Source of the DNA: Actinomycetota bacterium
GTDB lineage: Bacteria; Actinomycetota; Thermoleophilia; Gaiellales; Gaiellaceae
Assembly (NCBI GenBank): GCA_013817555.1
Contig: JACDCN010000001.1
Coordinates: forward strand, 1-38,900
Reading direction: 5' to 3'
Length of the DNA stretch: 38,900 bases
The translations under genes and the position numbers were made by a program. Positions 29,065 through 37,215 of the stretch are shown piece by piece. The stretch's first letter is position 1. Each line of letters starts with the position of its first letter. The notes beneath the pieces are model-generated. The model saw only the letters and a program-made list of their open reading frames with translations, was not told the origin of the DNA and ran no database searches.

Positions 29065-31178
29065 GAGAGCACCGGATCCTCTGCGTTCTGTATGCGTCCG
29101 ATCGTTATCACCTCGTCAGAGAGATTCCCGCCGGCTTGCTGCTCGGCGTGCTCGATGTAGCCGACCGTGATCGGTCGGTTCGCGATGTGGCCCAGGTTGC
29201 CGTAGGCCAGGAAAGGTGCAGGCATCGGCCCGAGGGTGACCGCATCGCGCGAAGGCGTAGGTGCAGATGCCGTCGCGGTAGCAGCCCCAGGAAAGACCCT
29301 GATCGAGACAAGGGGGATTCCAGCACTCGCGGTAGCCGACGCTGGCTGAGCGAAGACGGTGGCACTGCCAGGAGTGGTAGCGGTGACCCCAGGAGTCGGA
29401 GCGTTCGTGCTCGCATTGGCAGAACCGGGGAAGACCCTGATTTCCGGTATGGGCGAGAGGCCGGAGCCTGTCCCTGCGGCTGCACTAGGTAGAACCCGAA
29501 CCTCGAGAGCGGGGGCCGGTGCGCTTGCGTCTGCGCTTGCGGCAGGGGAAGCGACAGTGTCGTCCACCCGTCGAGCCGGTACAGGAGCAGACGACGTTCC
29601 GCTGGACGCGCCTGGGAAAAGGGTGAGCTTCGGAAGTGGCGCAGGGCCGGAAGCAGTCGCCGAAGCCGCAGGCGAGATGACCGTGCGATCTGCAGTTGTC
29701 GAGAGCGCAGGAACCGGAGCGCTTGCGTTCGCGAGCGCCGATGCTGGAGCAACCCTGACCCCTGGAACAGGAACAGGTCCCGAGCCTGTCGCACTCGCAG
29801 CACCGGGGGCCACGGTGACCCTTGGGAGCGGAGCCGGCGCAGAGGCGGTCGCCGATGCTGCTGGAGCAGCAACCGTTCCACCAACCGACGACGAGATACT
29901 AGGAATAGGAGCGCTCGCATTGGCGATTCCGGCTGCCGGAGAGACCCTGACCTCTGGAACTGACGTAGGCCCGGAAGCGGTGCCTGTGCTCGATGCGGGA
30001 AGGACACGAACCTGGGGAACCGGGCTGGGTGCTGAAGCCGTAGCAGACCCCGCAGGAACGGCAACCGTGTCATCCGTACGGAGACTCGGGACAGGGCCGC
30101 TCGCAGTCGCAGAAGCGCTCCCAGGGGCCACGGTGACCTTCGGGAGCGGTATCGGTGTAGAGCCTGTCGCACTCCCAGCTGTGGGAAGAACCGTGATCTT
30201 CGGAAGCGGGAGTGGAGCGCTTCCCGTGGCGCTTGCCGCTGGAGCGACAACGGTGTCGCTGACACGAACGACAGGAATCGGCGCAGAGGACGTGGCTGAA
30301 GATGCGGCAGGAGCAACTGTGACCTTCGGAAGAGGGATAGCCCCAGAGCCAGTCGCGCTTGCAGCGGCTGGAGAGACCCGAACCCCTGGAACGGGAATCG
30401 GCCCTGAGCCTGTCGCACTTGCAGCCCCAGCAGGGGCCACCGTGACCTTGGGAAGTGGGATCGGCGCAGAAGCCGTCCCAGAGGCCACAGGCGTGACGAC
30501 GGTGGCATTCGTCGCGATGACGAGCGTGGGTATTGGTGCACTTGCCGTTGCGCTGGCAGCAGCAGGGAGAACCGTGACCTTTGGAACCGGGACGGCAGCC
30601 GAAGCTGTGGCGCTTGCAGAGAGCGGAGCAACAAGAATGTCCGCAGCCGAGACACCGTTGGACGCGGTAGCCGCAGCCGCTGCAGGAGCCACTCTGACCG
30701 CAGGAACAGGTGACGGGCCTGAGCCCGTCGCAGATGCTGCAGCAGGAAGAACCCGTACTCCAGGAACTGCAAGCGGAGCCGAGGCGGTTGCACTGGCGGC
30801 GACAGCAATGATCGTGTCATTGGTGCGAAGGGTCGGAGTCGGTCCCGATGCTGTCGTGCTGGCCGCAGCAGGGGCAACAGTGACTTTCGGAAGCGGGAGA
30901 GGAGCGGAACCATTAGCGCTCGAAGCCGCTGGAAGAATCGTGACCTTCGGAACAGGAAGCGACGCAGAACCAGTCCCACTTGAAGCCGCAGGAGCAATGG
31001 TGACCCTCGGAACCGGAACCGCTGCGCTTCCAGTGGCGCTCGCGGCGTTCGGAACAACGATGGTGACGTTGACCGGGCCTGCAGTAGTCGGTACCAGGCC
31101 GCCGAGGAAGCGCGGTCGAGGATCAACACGAATCGGCCTCTCACGAAGCCGTCCCGCGTAAAGAAGACGAGAGGCCAC
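29061..31178 (-). CDS. Tandem-repeat A/P/S/T/V/G-rich protein (705 aa), candidate virion fibre or decoration protein
   Basis: GGGAGG RBS lies 8 nt before GTG 31178, and the stop is coupled to the adaptor start. There are about 30 units such as VTVAPAASSATGSGPIPLPK, with unique N-terminal (about 40 aa) and C-terminal (about 65 aa) ends. Confidence 0.75.
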   Translation of the reverse strand: MASRLLYAGRLRERPIRVDPRPRFLGGLVPTTAGPVNVTIVVPNAASATGSAAVPVPRVTIAPAASSGTGSASLPVPKVTILPAASSANGSAPLPLPKVTVAPAAASTTASGPTPTLRTNDTIIAVAASATASAPLAVPGVRVLPAAASATGSGPSPVPAVRVAPAAAAATASNGVSAADILVAPLSASATASAAVPVPKVTVLPAAASATASAPIPTLVIATNATVVTPVASGTASAPIPLPKVTVAPAGAASATGSGPIPVPGVRVSPAAASATGSGAIPLPKVTVAPAASSATSSAPIPVVRVSDTVVAPAASATGSAPLPLPKITVLPTAGSATGSTPIPLPKVTVAPGSASATASGPVPSLRTDDTVAVPAGSATASAPSPVPQVRVLPASSTGTASGPTSVPEVRVSPAAGIANASAPIPSISSSVGGTVAAPAASATASAPAPLPRVTVAPGAASATGSGPVPVPGVRVAPASALANASAPVPALSTTADRTVISPAASATASGPAPLPKLTLFPGASSGTSSAPVPARRVDDTVASPAASADASAPAPALEVRVLPSAAAGTGSGLSPIPEIRVFPGSANASTNAPTPGVTATTPGSATVFAQPASATASAGIPLVSIRVFPGAATATASAPTPSRDAVTLGPMPAPFLAYGNLGHIANRPITVGYIEHAEQQAGGNLSDEVITIGRIQNAEDPVLS
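29260..31060 (-). repeat. Degenerate coding tandem-repeat array with a period of about 57-63 bp
   Basis: GTGACCTT-type landmarks recur about every 60 bp. No stop codons occur in three of the six frames (ORFs 29061..31178, 29108..31180 and 29359..31161). Confidence 0.8.
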
Positions 31179-31180
31179 AC

Positions 31181-31933
31181 TTACAACCTCCCGCTATCCC
31201 AACCCACGGGCACACGGGGTGCTTTCAAGATGTCGGGGATGACAGCAGAGGCAACCTCCGGAGGTTTCAACGCGACCACGAGATGCGCCTTGTACGAAAC
31301 AACTGCCTTCGTGTAAGTCGTGGCCGTAAATGCACCCGCAGTCGCCTTCTCTCCCGTGATAAGCCCGAGCCAGCCGCCGTTACCCGAGGCGAAGGCGTCG
31401 TCGTAGCGTTCGGTGACACTCGTCAGGTCGGCGTTCGTATGTGCCGACATCTCGGCGGTGCCGCCTGCAAGATCCGGCTTCGCGTGGGCGATGAAGACCG
31501 CGATCAGGCACTCACCTACCGAGGTCGTGCCTCCCGTGGCCGAGCCCGTCCCGTCGTCCACAGTCTCCGAGGATGCAATCGTCGTGTCCCAGGGATTGCC
31601 GGTCGCAATGCAGCCCGAGAAGGCAACGCGGTAGGCCCCGATGTGGTTGCCGGGATCGTTCGTGATCGGATCAGCTAGACCGGTCGCCCAGCGCCGCCAA
31701 TACACGGTCAGCCGGGTACGGAGCAAAGCATCGGTCGCATGAGGAGCGGAAACGGGAGAGCCTGTTACCTCGACGAATCCGCCCGTCGTCGTCAGCGATA
31801 CCGCCTCGTCCATCGACTCGCAGACGAGGAACTCGATGTCGTCGGTAGCTAGACCGGCTGGGGCGGCATTGACGGTGAGCGTTCCGATGGATTCCAGCAG
31901 CGTTCCAGCCGCACGAAAAGCTGGTACGGCCAC
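31181..31933 (-). CDS. Hypothetical virion-type protein (250 aa)
   Basis: GTG 31933. It has a beta-rich composition. The start is somewhat uncertain because GGAGG abuts the GTG. Confidence 0.55.
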   Translation of the reverse strand: MAVPAFRAAGTLLESIGTLTVNAAPAGLATDDIEFLVCESMDEAVSLTTTGGFVEVTGSPVSAPHATDALLRTRLTVYWRRWATGLADPITNDPGNHIGAYRVAFSGCIATGNPWDTTIASSETVDDGTGSATGGTTSVGECLIAVFIAHAKPDLAGGTAEMSAHTNADLTSVTERYDDAFASGNGGWLGLITGEKATAGAFTATTYTKAVVSYKAHLVVALKPPEVASAVIPDILKAPRVPVGWDSGRL

Positions 31934-31936
31934 CTC

Positions 31937-32371
31937 CTATTCGTCCCAAGTGACTTTGACCACACACACCTGACCAGTACCGATGGGAACGAGCCCGATT
32001 CCCGCCGTCGCGCCGAGTGCCGTCTCGAGCCCCGTGTCGCCGAAGGTGGCGATGTCGCCCGAGCCGATCGCGGCTCCGAGCTGCATGATCTCGCCCGTAC
32101 GATCAACGATAGTTGCGTCAGCCGTCCACAAACCAAAGACGGTGCCGATCGCCGTCGGAGCGTCAGGGCGGTGTTTTACCTCTGCCTGTCCCGTACCTGC
32201 CGTGCCGCCCGTGAAGCGCACTACCTCGTACTGGCAGACAACTGCCGTCGTATTGACGAGCTTGATCTCACGCACTTGTACCGAGACGGTCGCCGTCGAG
32301 AGGATGCCGAAGATCGGGCGCAAAGCAACTCCCGCGCCTGCCGCGACCATGCCCGATGAGTACCTAGCCAT
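31937..32371 (-). CDS. Hypothetical virion-type protein (144 aa)
   Basis: AGGAG RBS followed by ATG 32371. The composition is G/A/T/V-rich and beta-like. Confidence 0.55.
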   Translation of the reverse strand: MARYSSGMVAAGAGVALRPIFGILSTATVSVQVREIKLVNTTAVVCQYEVVRFTGGTAGTGQAEVKHRPDAPTAIGTVFGLWTADATIVDRTGEIMQLGAAIGSGDIATFGDTGLETALGATAGIGLVPIGTGQVCVVKVTWDE

Positions 32372-32382
32372 ATCTCACACTC

Positions 32383-32505
32383 CTATCGAATGGTCACGTT
32401 GCCGAAGGGCGGGGTCTGGCCAGTGGATTCAGTGAGCAGCGAGCCGGAGGAATCTTCGAGCGTGAGCTTGCTGGTGCCGTCTTCTTCTCTGACGATGAAG
32501 GACAT
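32383..32505 (-). CDS. Small hypothetical protein (40 aa), below the ORF-track cutoff
   Basis: Hand translation: MSFIVREEDGTSKLTLEDSSGSLLTESTGQTPPFGNVTIR. Its ATG abuts the stop of gene 32506..33021, and its stop lies 11 nt before the next ATG. Confidence 0.4.
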   Translation of the reverse strand: MSFIVREEDGTSKLTLEDSSGSLLTESTGQTPPFGNVTIR

Positions 32506-33021
32506 TTACACTCTCACCACTCTGATAAAGCCAGGACGTCGGTTTCCTGCACCACCTGCACCGGCGTAAACGCTCATCGCGTTAGCGGCGCTCCGAGTAG
32601 CCCTGATCGAATACGTGCGAGAGCCAGAGGCCGGAATCATGTCATCGCTTACGGCATGGATAAACCCTGAAATCCCGAAGCTGGAGGCAACGATGTATAC
32701 CTCGGCGAGATTGCCTATAGAAGCTCCGTCCTCGTAGAGGTGCACTGACATCGTGTCTCCTGCGTTATTCCCGGCAAAGGTACAAGCCATGAACTCCACG
32801 CGAATAGGAGTCACTCCATCAGCCGTGAATGCAGGAGCAGTAACGATCGTCGTTGCGGTCGTTACTGAAACCTCGGCCGTGAACTCGGCGTAAGCCAGTT
32901 CGAATCCAGGCAAGATCGAGGACGAGAGCTTCTTCGTTGCGCCGGAAGAAGCGATGACAAGCTGATCCGTCGCCGCAAGCGTGGCGGCTGCCGTCAATGC
33001 GCTGATCTTTGAGTCGGCCAC
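32506..33021 (-). CDS. Fibre-like protein (171 aa) with a tail-fibre-type N-terminal motif
   Basis: KISALTAAATLAATDQLVIASSGATKKLS resembles the conserved N-terminal motif of many phage fibre proteins. GTG 33021 shares a base with the upstream TAG. Confidence 0.55.
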   Translation of the reverse strand: MADSKISALTAAATLAATDQLVIASSGATKKLSSSILPGFELAYAEFTAEVSVTTATTIVTAPAFTADGVTPIRVEFMACTFAGNNAGDTMSVHLYEDGASIGNLAEVYIVASSFGISGFIHAVSDDMIPASGSRTYSIRATRSAANAMSVYAGAGGAGNRRPGFIRVVRV

Positions 33022-33377
33022 TACTGCACCGCGTGAATCCGCTCACGCCCGCGTTCGTTGATCTTGACTGTCCGATTTCCCTGCACGTCCTCGCCCGTGG
33101 TAATCGAAGCTCCGAGCATCTGCTTGTGAAGCCAAAGGGGGATCGTCACGGTGTCGTCTTCTGAGGCTTTCCCTGCATCGACGAGCATCTTGGTGAGCGA
33201 GAGGCAGAGTGAGGACACCTCGGCGGCGAAGTCGGCCAACTGCTGTTTCGCCCGTCGTTCGTCCTGCAATGCGACGTGGGTGATGCGATACAGCTCCTCA
33301 ACCGGAGGCACCTCCAGGGGAGCAGGGGAACTCCCCCGGAGGGTTGCCACCGGAGCGTTGATGAGAACGTCTTTCAC
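33021..33377 (-). CDS. Hypothetical protein (118 aa)
   Basis: GTG 33377 forms a GTGA overlap with the upstream stop. Confidence 0.5.
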   Translation of the reverse strand: MKDVLINAPVATLRGSSPAPLEVPPVEELYRITHVALQDERRAKQQLADFAAEVSSLCLSLTKMLVDAGKASEDDTVTIPLWLHKQMLGASITTGEDVQGNRTVKINERGRERIHAVQ

Positions 33378-33811
33378 GCTGCGACGATCTTGATGACCCC
33401 GTCAGCGTGATATTGGATTGTGAATGTGCCGGACGAAACCGTCTCGTCACCACCAAAATCGATGTACGAGAGAAGTTCGTCCGCCGACGTCGCACCGCCT
33501 CTGTCCTTGTAGACGACCGCAATACGAGCCGTGAAGCTCGCCGTCGTCCACGCGGAATCAGCAGCGTCCAGGGAGAGCGTGTTCGTCCCCCCGGTGTAGA
33601 CACGAGTCGGAGACGCGAGCGCCTGACCATCGGCGGTGTAACCAGTACCGATGACCTCGTTCGTGGCGTCGTTGAAGAAGTCATGCGTGTCCTGGTTGGG
33701 AACGTAGGTCGAGGTGTGCAACGACACCTTGATCGTGTCCACCGTCCAGTCGATGTCCGCGTCGGTGATGTGATCGAGCGCGAGCCCGTAGATGAAGGCT
33801 GTGACTGGCAT
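33374..33811 (-). CDS. Hypothetical virion-type protein (145 aa), possible capsid accessory
   Basis: Its ATG 33811 shares a base with the upstream TAA. The composition is beta-rich, and it lies two genes after the major capsid gene. Confidence 0.5.
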   Translation of the reverse strand: MPVTAFIYGLALDHITDADIDWTVDTIKVSLHTSTYVPNQDTHDFFNDATNEVIGTGYTADGQALASPTRVYTGGTNTLSLDAADSAWTTASFTARIAVVYKDRGGATSADELLSYIDFGGDETVSSGTFTIQYHADGVIKIVAA

Positions 33812-34062
33812 TAGCTATCGCCTCCTGGTGCTTTGGCCTCGGACTTGGCCTGAGCCGTTGCCGCTTCGATCAAGACGTCGAGCTCTCCTGGTGAGATCCC
33901 GTCGAGAATCGAATCGGCTCGAGCCTTGGCAGAACGCTCGTCACGCACCTTCGCGATCCGGTCTTGCGACTCACCGATCTTGGAGCGCTCGGCCTGCAAC
34001 TTCTGGTTCTCGGCTTCGAGCTCCTTGTCGGAGAGGTCCCGGTAGTGCTCTAGAGAAGGCAT
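33811..34062 (-). CDS. Hypothetical coiled-coil protein (83 aa)
   Basis: It lies immediately downstream of the major capsid gene and has a charged heptad-like sequence. Confidence 0.5.
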   Translation of the reverse strand: MPSLEHYRDLSDKELEAENQKLQAERSKIGESQDRIAKVRDERSAKARADSILDGISPGELDVLIEAATAQAKSEAKAPGGDS

Positions 34063-34080
34063 GACTAGCCCAACCCCTTA

Positions 34081-35334
34081 CTAGCTCGCGGTCGTAATCA
34101 TCGCGAAGGAGCCGTCGTCCACGACGGCAGCCTCGAACGCTCCGATCAGACCGACCTCGACGCCACCGATCGCCGGCTCGACGACCCGGAGCTCGACCGG
34201 AGCACCAGCCGTCTCAGCGACGAGCAGGCCGTCGTTGTCGCCAACCACGACGACACCGGCGTCCATGCCGCGGGACACGACGACGTTGAGCGGGCCAACT
34301 CCCTGTGCGGACACGGACAGGAACTGCGTGAACGCGTCCGAAGTGAGCCCGAGCAGGTAGCCGTAGCGGTCCGGGGCCATGTAGAGCGTGTCAGCCAGCC
34401 GACCTGAGTTGGCGAACACCTCTGCGTAGCCAGCACCGATCGCCGTCATGAACTGCGCGAACGTCGGCGTCGGGCCGATCGGCGCGGCGATGTTGTTCGA
34501 GAACGCCGAGCCCTGAAGCACCTGAGCCGCGTCCTGCTCCGTCTTCAGCGCGTAGTCGGCTGCGACGAGACGGAACCACAGGTCGAGCGCGTTCGGCGTC
34601 GACCAGTTGATCGCCTGCCATGACAGGTCACCGCCACCGAGGTACGTGGAAGCGCTCTTCGTGACCATGTCGATGACCATTCCGGTGTTGCCAGCCTCCG
34701 TCTTCTGAGTCGCCTGAACGGCCACGACGGGAGGCGTGGTGATGACCGGGTAGGTCAAGACGCCCCGCTCGAGCGAAGCACGCATTGCGCTCTCCACAAT
34801 CGGACGGGACGAGTCGATGATCTGGAAGATTTCCGCGATGTGCTGCGGGGGGATCAGGCCGGCGACGTTGGACGACAGCGTGTTGGCCGGGACTCGCTTG
34901 AGGAGCTGCAGCCGCTCCTTCGCACGCTGCAATTCCATCGGGTCACCGAGCTGCATGGCGATCTTGCCGACCTCACGGCCCTGGCCGGAGAGGATGACGT
35001 CGCGGGCATACGCAGCCATCGTGCGGTAGATGACCTGGTCGCCTTCGACATCGATGCCATCCTGCGTCCCGGCAAGCGTCCTACGGATCGCCTTCGACGC
35101 TTCGATCGCTAGCCGATTCTTCTCGACAGAATCGGAGAGGTTCTTGATCTCCACGTCGAGGTCAGTGGCTCGCTCGCGGTACATCGTGACCTGGGTGTTT
35201 TCCGCTTCGGAAAGCACCTTGTCATCACGAGTCTCAACAGCGGCGAGCAGGTTTTCATGCAACTGCTGGTTGACGTCTCGCTCGTCGAGGAGACGTGAGA
35301 GCCGCAGTTCGCTCTGTGTAGTTGGTGCGCTCAT
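34081..35334 (-). CDS. Major capsid protein, HK97 family
   Basis: 417 aa. An N-terminal coiled-coil delta-domain-like 100 aa or so is followed by an HK97-like body. It follows the prohead protease. Confidence 0.9.
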   Translation of the reverse strand: MSAPTTQSELRLSRLLDERDVNQQLHENLLAAVETRDDKVLSEAENTQVTMYRERATDLDVEIKNLSDSVEKNRLAIEASKAIRRTLAGTQDGIDVEGDQVIYRTMAAYARDVILSGQGREVGKIAMQLGDPMELQRAKERLQLLKRVPANTLSSNVAGLIPPQHIAEIFQIIDSSRPIVESAMRASLERGVLTYPVITTPPVVAVQATQKTEAGNTGMVIDMVTKSASTYLGGGDLSWQAINWSTPNALDLWFRLVAADYALKTEQDAAQVLQGSAFSNNIAAPIGPTPTFAQFMTAIGAGYAEVFANSGRLADTLYMAPDRYGYLLGLTSDAFTQFLSVSAQGVGPLNVVVSRGMDAGVVVVGDNDGLLVAETAGAPVELRVVEPAIGGVEVGLIGAFEAAVVDDGSFAMITTAS

Positions 35335-35338
35335 GCGC

Positions 35339-36079
35339 TTATTCCTCCGAAGTTGGCGTTTCCGTCGGGTGGCGGGTGCCGTCTTCGGGGGTGCCGGTCT
35401 CAGCCGGGGTGTCCGTTTCTGCGGGGTGCGCTTGGTATCGCTGCGGTAGACGAATGCCGAGACGTCGGCAGCGTTCGATCATCTCGGGATCAGGCTCGAC
35501 GGGAAGAAGTTCCTCGTCGAGCATGGCTGACTCGCGGATTGCGAGAACTTGTGCGCCGGAGTAGGCGGGCTCGCGGCAAAGCGCGATGCCTACCAAGTGC
35601 GCCTTCACGCGCCGGACGATGCCGTCGCGGTTGCGTACGGACTTCTTCTCGACGGCCTCGAGCGAGATGCCGCCGAATACGCCCTCGCGCACGAGCATGA
35701 GTGCCTTGTCGCCGTCGGGCGTCTCGTGCAGCTTGAAGGATCCGTACAACCCGTCCTCACGCTCAAGCAGCGCCTTGCCGTGTCCGACGATGCCGGCGAT
35801 ACCCGCCTGGTGCTCGACGTTGACGAGCACGCGATTCGCGGCGCTCGACTGACCCTCGAACGCACCAGGCGACCACTCCTCGGTATACGGCATGCCTTTA
35901 GCAACGCCGCCAAGACCGTCGTTGTGGGTGATGCGTTCGCCGTACGGAACGACCCGCACGTCAATGGTGCGGCCGTCACCTTCCGACATCTCAGCGGCGT
36001 ATGCCCTACGAATAAGGCCGCTTTCGCGGCCCTGGTCTTCACTCTCGACGTTGTCGAGTTCTGTCTCCAGCGTGCTCAT
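35339..36079 (-). CDS. HK97-family prohead protease (S78-like)
   Basis: Contains ...IDVRVVPYGE... and GHGKALLEREDGLYGSFKL. ATG 36079 forms an ATGA overlap with the portal stop. The C-terminal tail is P/T/E-rich. Confidence 0.88.
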   Translation of the reverse strand: MSTLETELDNVESEDQGRESGLIRRAYAAEMSEGDGRTIDVRVVPYGERITHNDGLGGVAKGMPYTEEWSPGAFEGQSSAANRVLVNVEHQAGIAGIVGHGKALLEREDGLYGSFKLHETPDGDKALMLVREGVFGGISLEAVEKKSVRNRDGIVRRVKAHLVGIALCREPAYSGAQVLAIRESAMLDEELLPVEPDPEMIERCRRLGIRLPQRYQAHPAETDTPAETGTPEDGTRHPTETPTSEE

Positions 36080-37215
36080 CCGGTACCTCCGATTACTGTC
36101 AACGGCCGCGCCGGTTGTTGCGCGGGTGACGCCTTCGCGACCTGGGAAAGTTGAGGGTCGTTGTCGTCCGATAGATCGCTGAGCTCGGCGAACGTGTCAG
36201 CGGCGTCGAATGCGACCCATTGACCGCGCGGAAGCATCTGCGCGCTGAACGCGTTGGCGATGCGAGTCGCCGTCGTCCGAAGCTCGAAGCGCCACCACAT
36301 CTCGCCGAGCGCGGCAGGGTTCTGATACGTGAGCCCGCCCTGCAGCGCCATATTCAAGAGCACCGAGGGAACGCCGAAAGCGGTCGCCAACGCCCGCGCA
36401 TTGAACTCCTGCGTGTCAAGGAGCGAGAGATCGGCCGGGTTGAACGACAGGGGTACGAAGTCGAGCTCCGGTGGAAGAACCGGCGGGAGCCCACCGCGGC
36501 TCGTGGTGGCTGCGCCCCACTGTGCCTGTAGCGCTTCAGCCTGCTCCTTCGACAGCTTGCGCTCCGACTTGAGAACCGCCTGCGGGATGCCGCCCGTGTT
36601 CACGGTCATCGACTGGTTCCCGGCTGCGAGCAACCCCCAAGCCGTCTGCGCGTACGCACGAAGCGCGGAGCTTCCGTGCGCCGCATTCGACGGGTTGCGG
36701 TCGATCTGCACGACGCGGCGGGGGTCTAGGATCTCTTCGCCGAGCTTCCACTCGCGCGCACCGTCCACCATGCGAATCTCCACGCCGCTCGAGTCGAGAA
36801 CGGTCCACGTTCGCGCGAAGCCGTCAGCGTAGAAGTCGGTGATGTATTGGCAAGAGAAGCCCCAGCCGTAGAGCTGCGCGACGATCGCGTGTAGGGCGTC
36901 ACCGATGCCGTTCGGATACCAGTTCGGATCCGGGCTCGACACCCACGCCGGTTCGGGTGCTCCGTGGAACTCGAGCGGCATCGAGGCGATCTGCTGCGCG
37001 TTCAACTGAATGCAGCGGTTGGCGACCCACACGCGGTCTGTGAGCGCTGCGTTGCCGGGGAACCATGCTCCGGTCGTCATCCCCTGCTCGGCGAAGAAGT
37101 TGGGGATGACCGAGTTGAACAGATCCATACGCGTGCCCTCGAGCGGTTCGGGCTCCACGCGCTTTAGAAGTTCCTCTCGAGCCGACACCAGATCCTCGAG
37201 GTAGGTGCGGTTCAA
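36076..37215 (-). CDS. Portal protein, HK97 family
   Basis: Portal-like sequence (...QLNAQQIASMPLEF..., GGIPQAVLKSERKLSKEQAEALQAQW). The start is probably TTG 37215 (TTGA overlap with the terminase stop) or ATG 37128. The ORF-track start 37431 lies inside the terminase gene. Confidence 0.88.
   Translation of the reverse strand: MNRTYLEDLVSAREELLKRVEPEPLEGTRMDLFNSVIPNFFAEQGMTTGAWFPGNAALTDRVWVANRCIQLNAQQIASMPLEFHGAPEPAWVSSPDPNWYPNGIGDALHAIVAQLYGWGFSCQYITDFYADGFARTWTVLDSSGVEIRMVDGAREWKLGEEILDPRRVVQIDRNPSNAAHGSSALRAYAQTAWGLLAAGNQSMTVNTGGIPQAVLKSERKLSKEQAEALQAQWGAATTSRGGLPPVLPPELDFVPLSFNPADLSLLDTQEFNARALATAFGVPSVLLNMALQGGLTYQNPAALGEMWWRFELRTTATRIANAFSAQMLPRGQWVAFDAADTFAELSDLSDDNDPQLSQVAKASPAQQPARPLTVIGGTG

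Noticed and set aside
29260-31060. Regular repeats of about 60 bp that might suggest a CRISPR array or satellite
   Set aside because: There is no alternation of conserved repeat and unique spacer. The units are contiguous, degenerate and in frame within a well-delimited coding gene.
29108-31180. 690-aa minus-strand ORF (R/L/P/S/F-rich) and 600-aa plus-strand ORF 29359..31161, both overlapping the repeat gene
   Set aside because: Both are shadow frames of the tandem-repeat array, whose repeat unit lacks stop triplets in three frames. Only 29061..31178 has an RBS (GGGAGG), a start 2 nt after the upstream stop and a GTGA-coupled stop. The other translations have implausible composition.
36016-36031. 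The 16-nt palindrome GGCCGCTTTCGCGGCC recurs exactly at 18920-18935 (terminator-like hairpin) and at 36016-36031
   Set aside because: The second copy lies inside the prohead protease coding frame (…GRESGLI…). A single 16-nt match between GC-rich palindromes in a 39-kb window is within what chance can produce, and I found no further copies.
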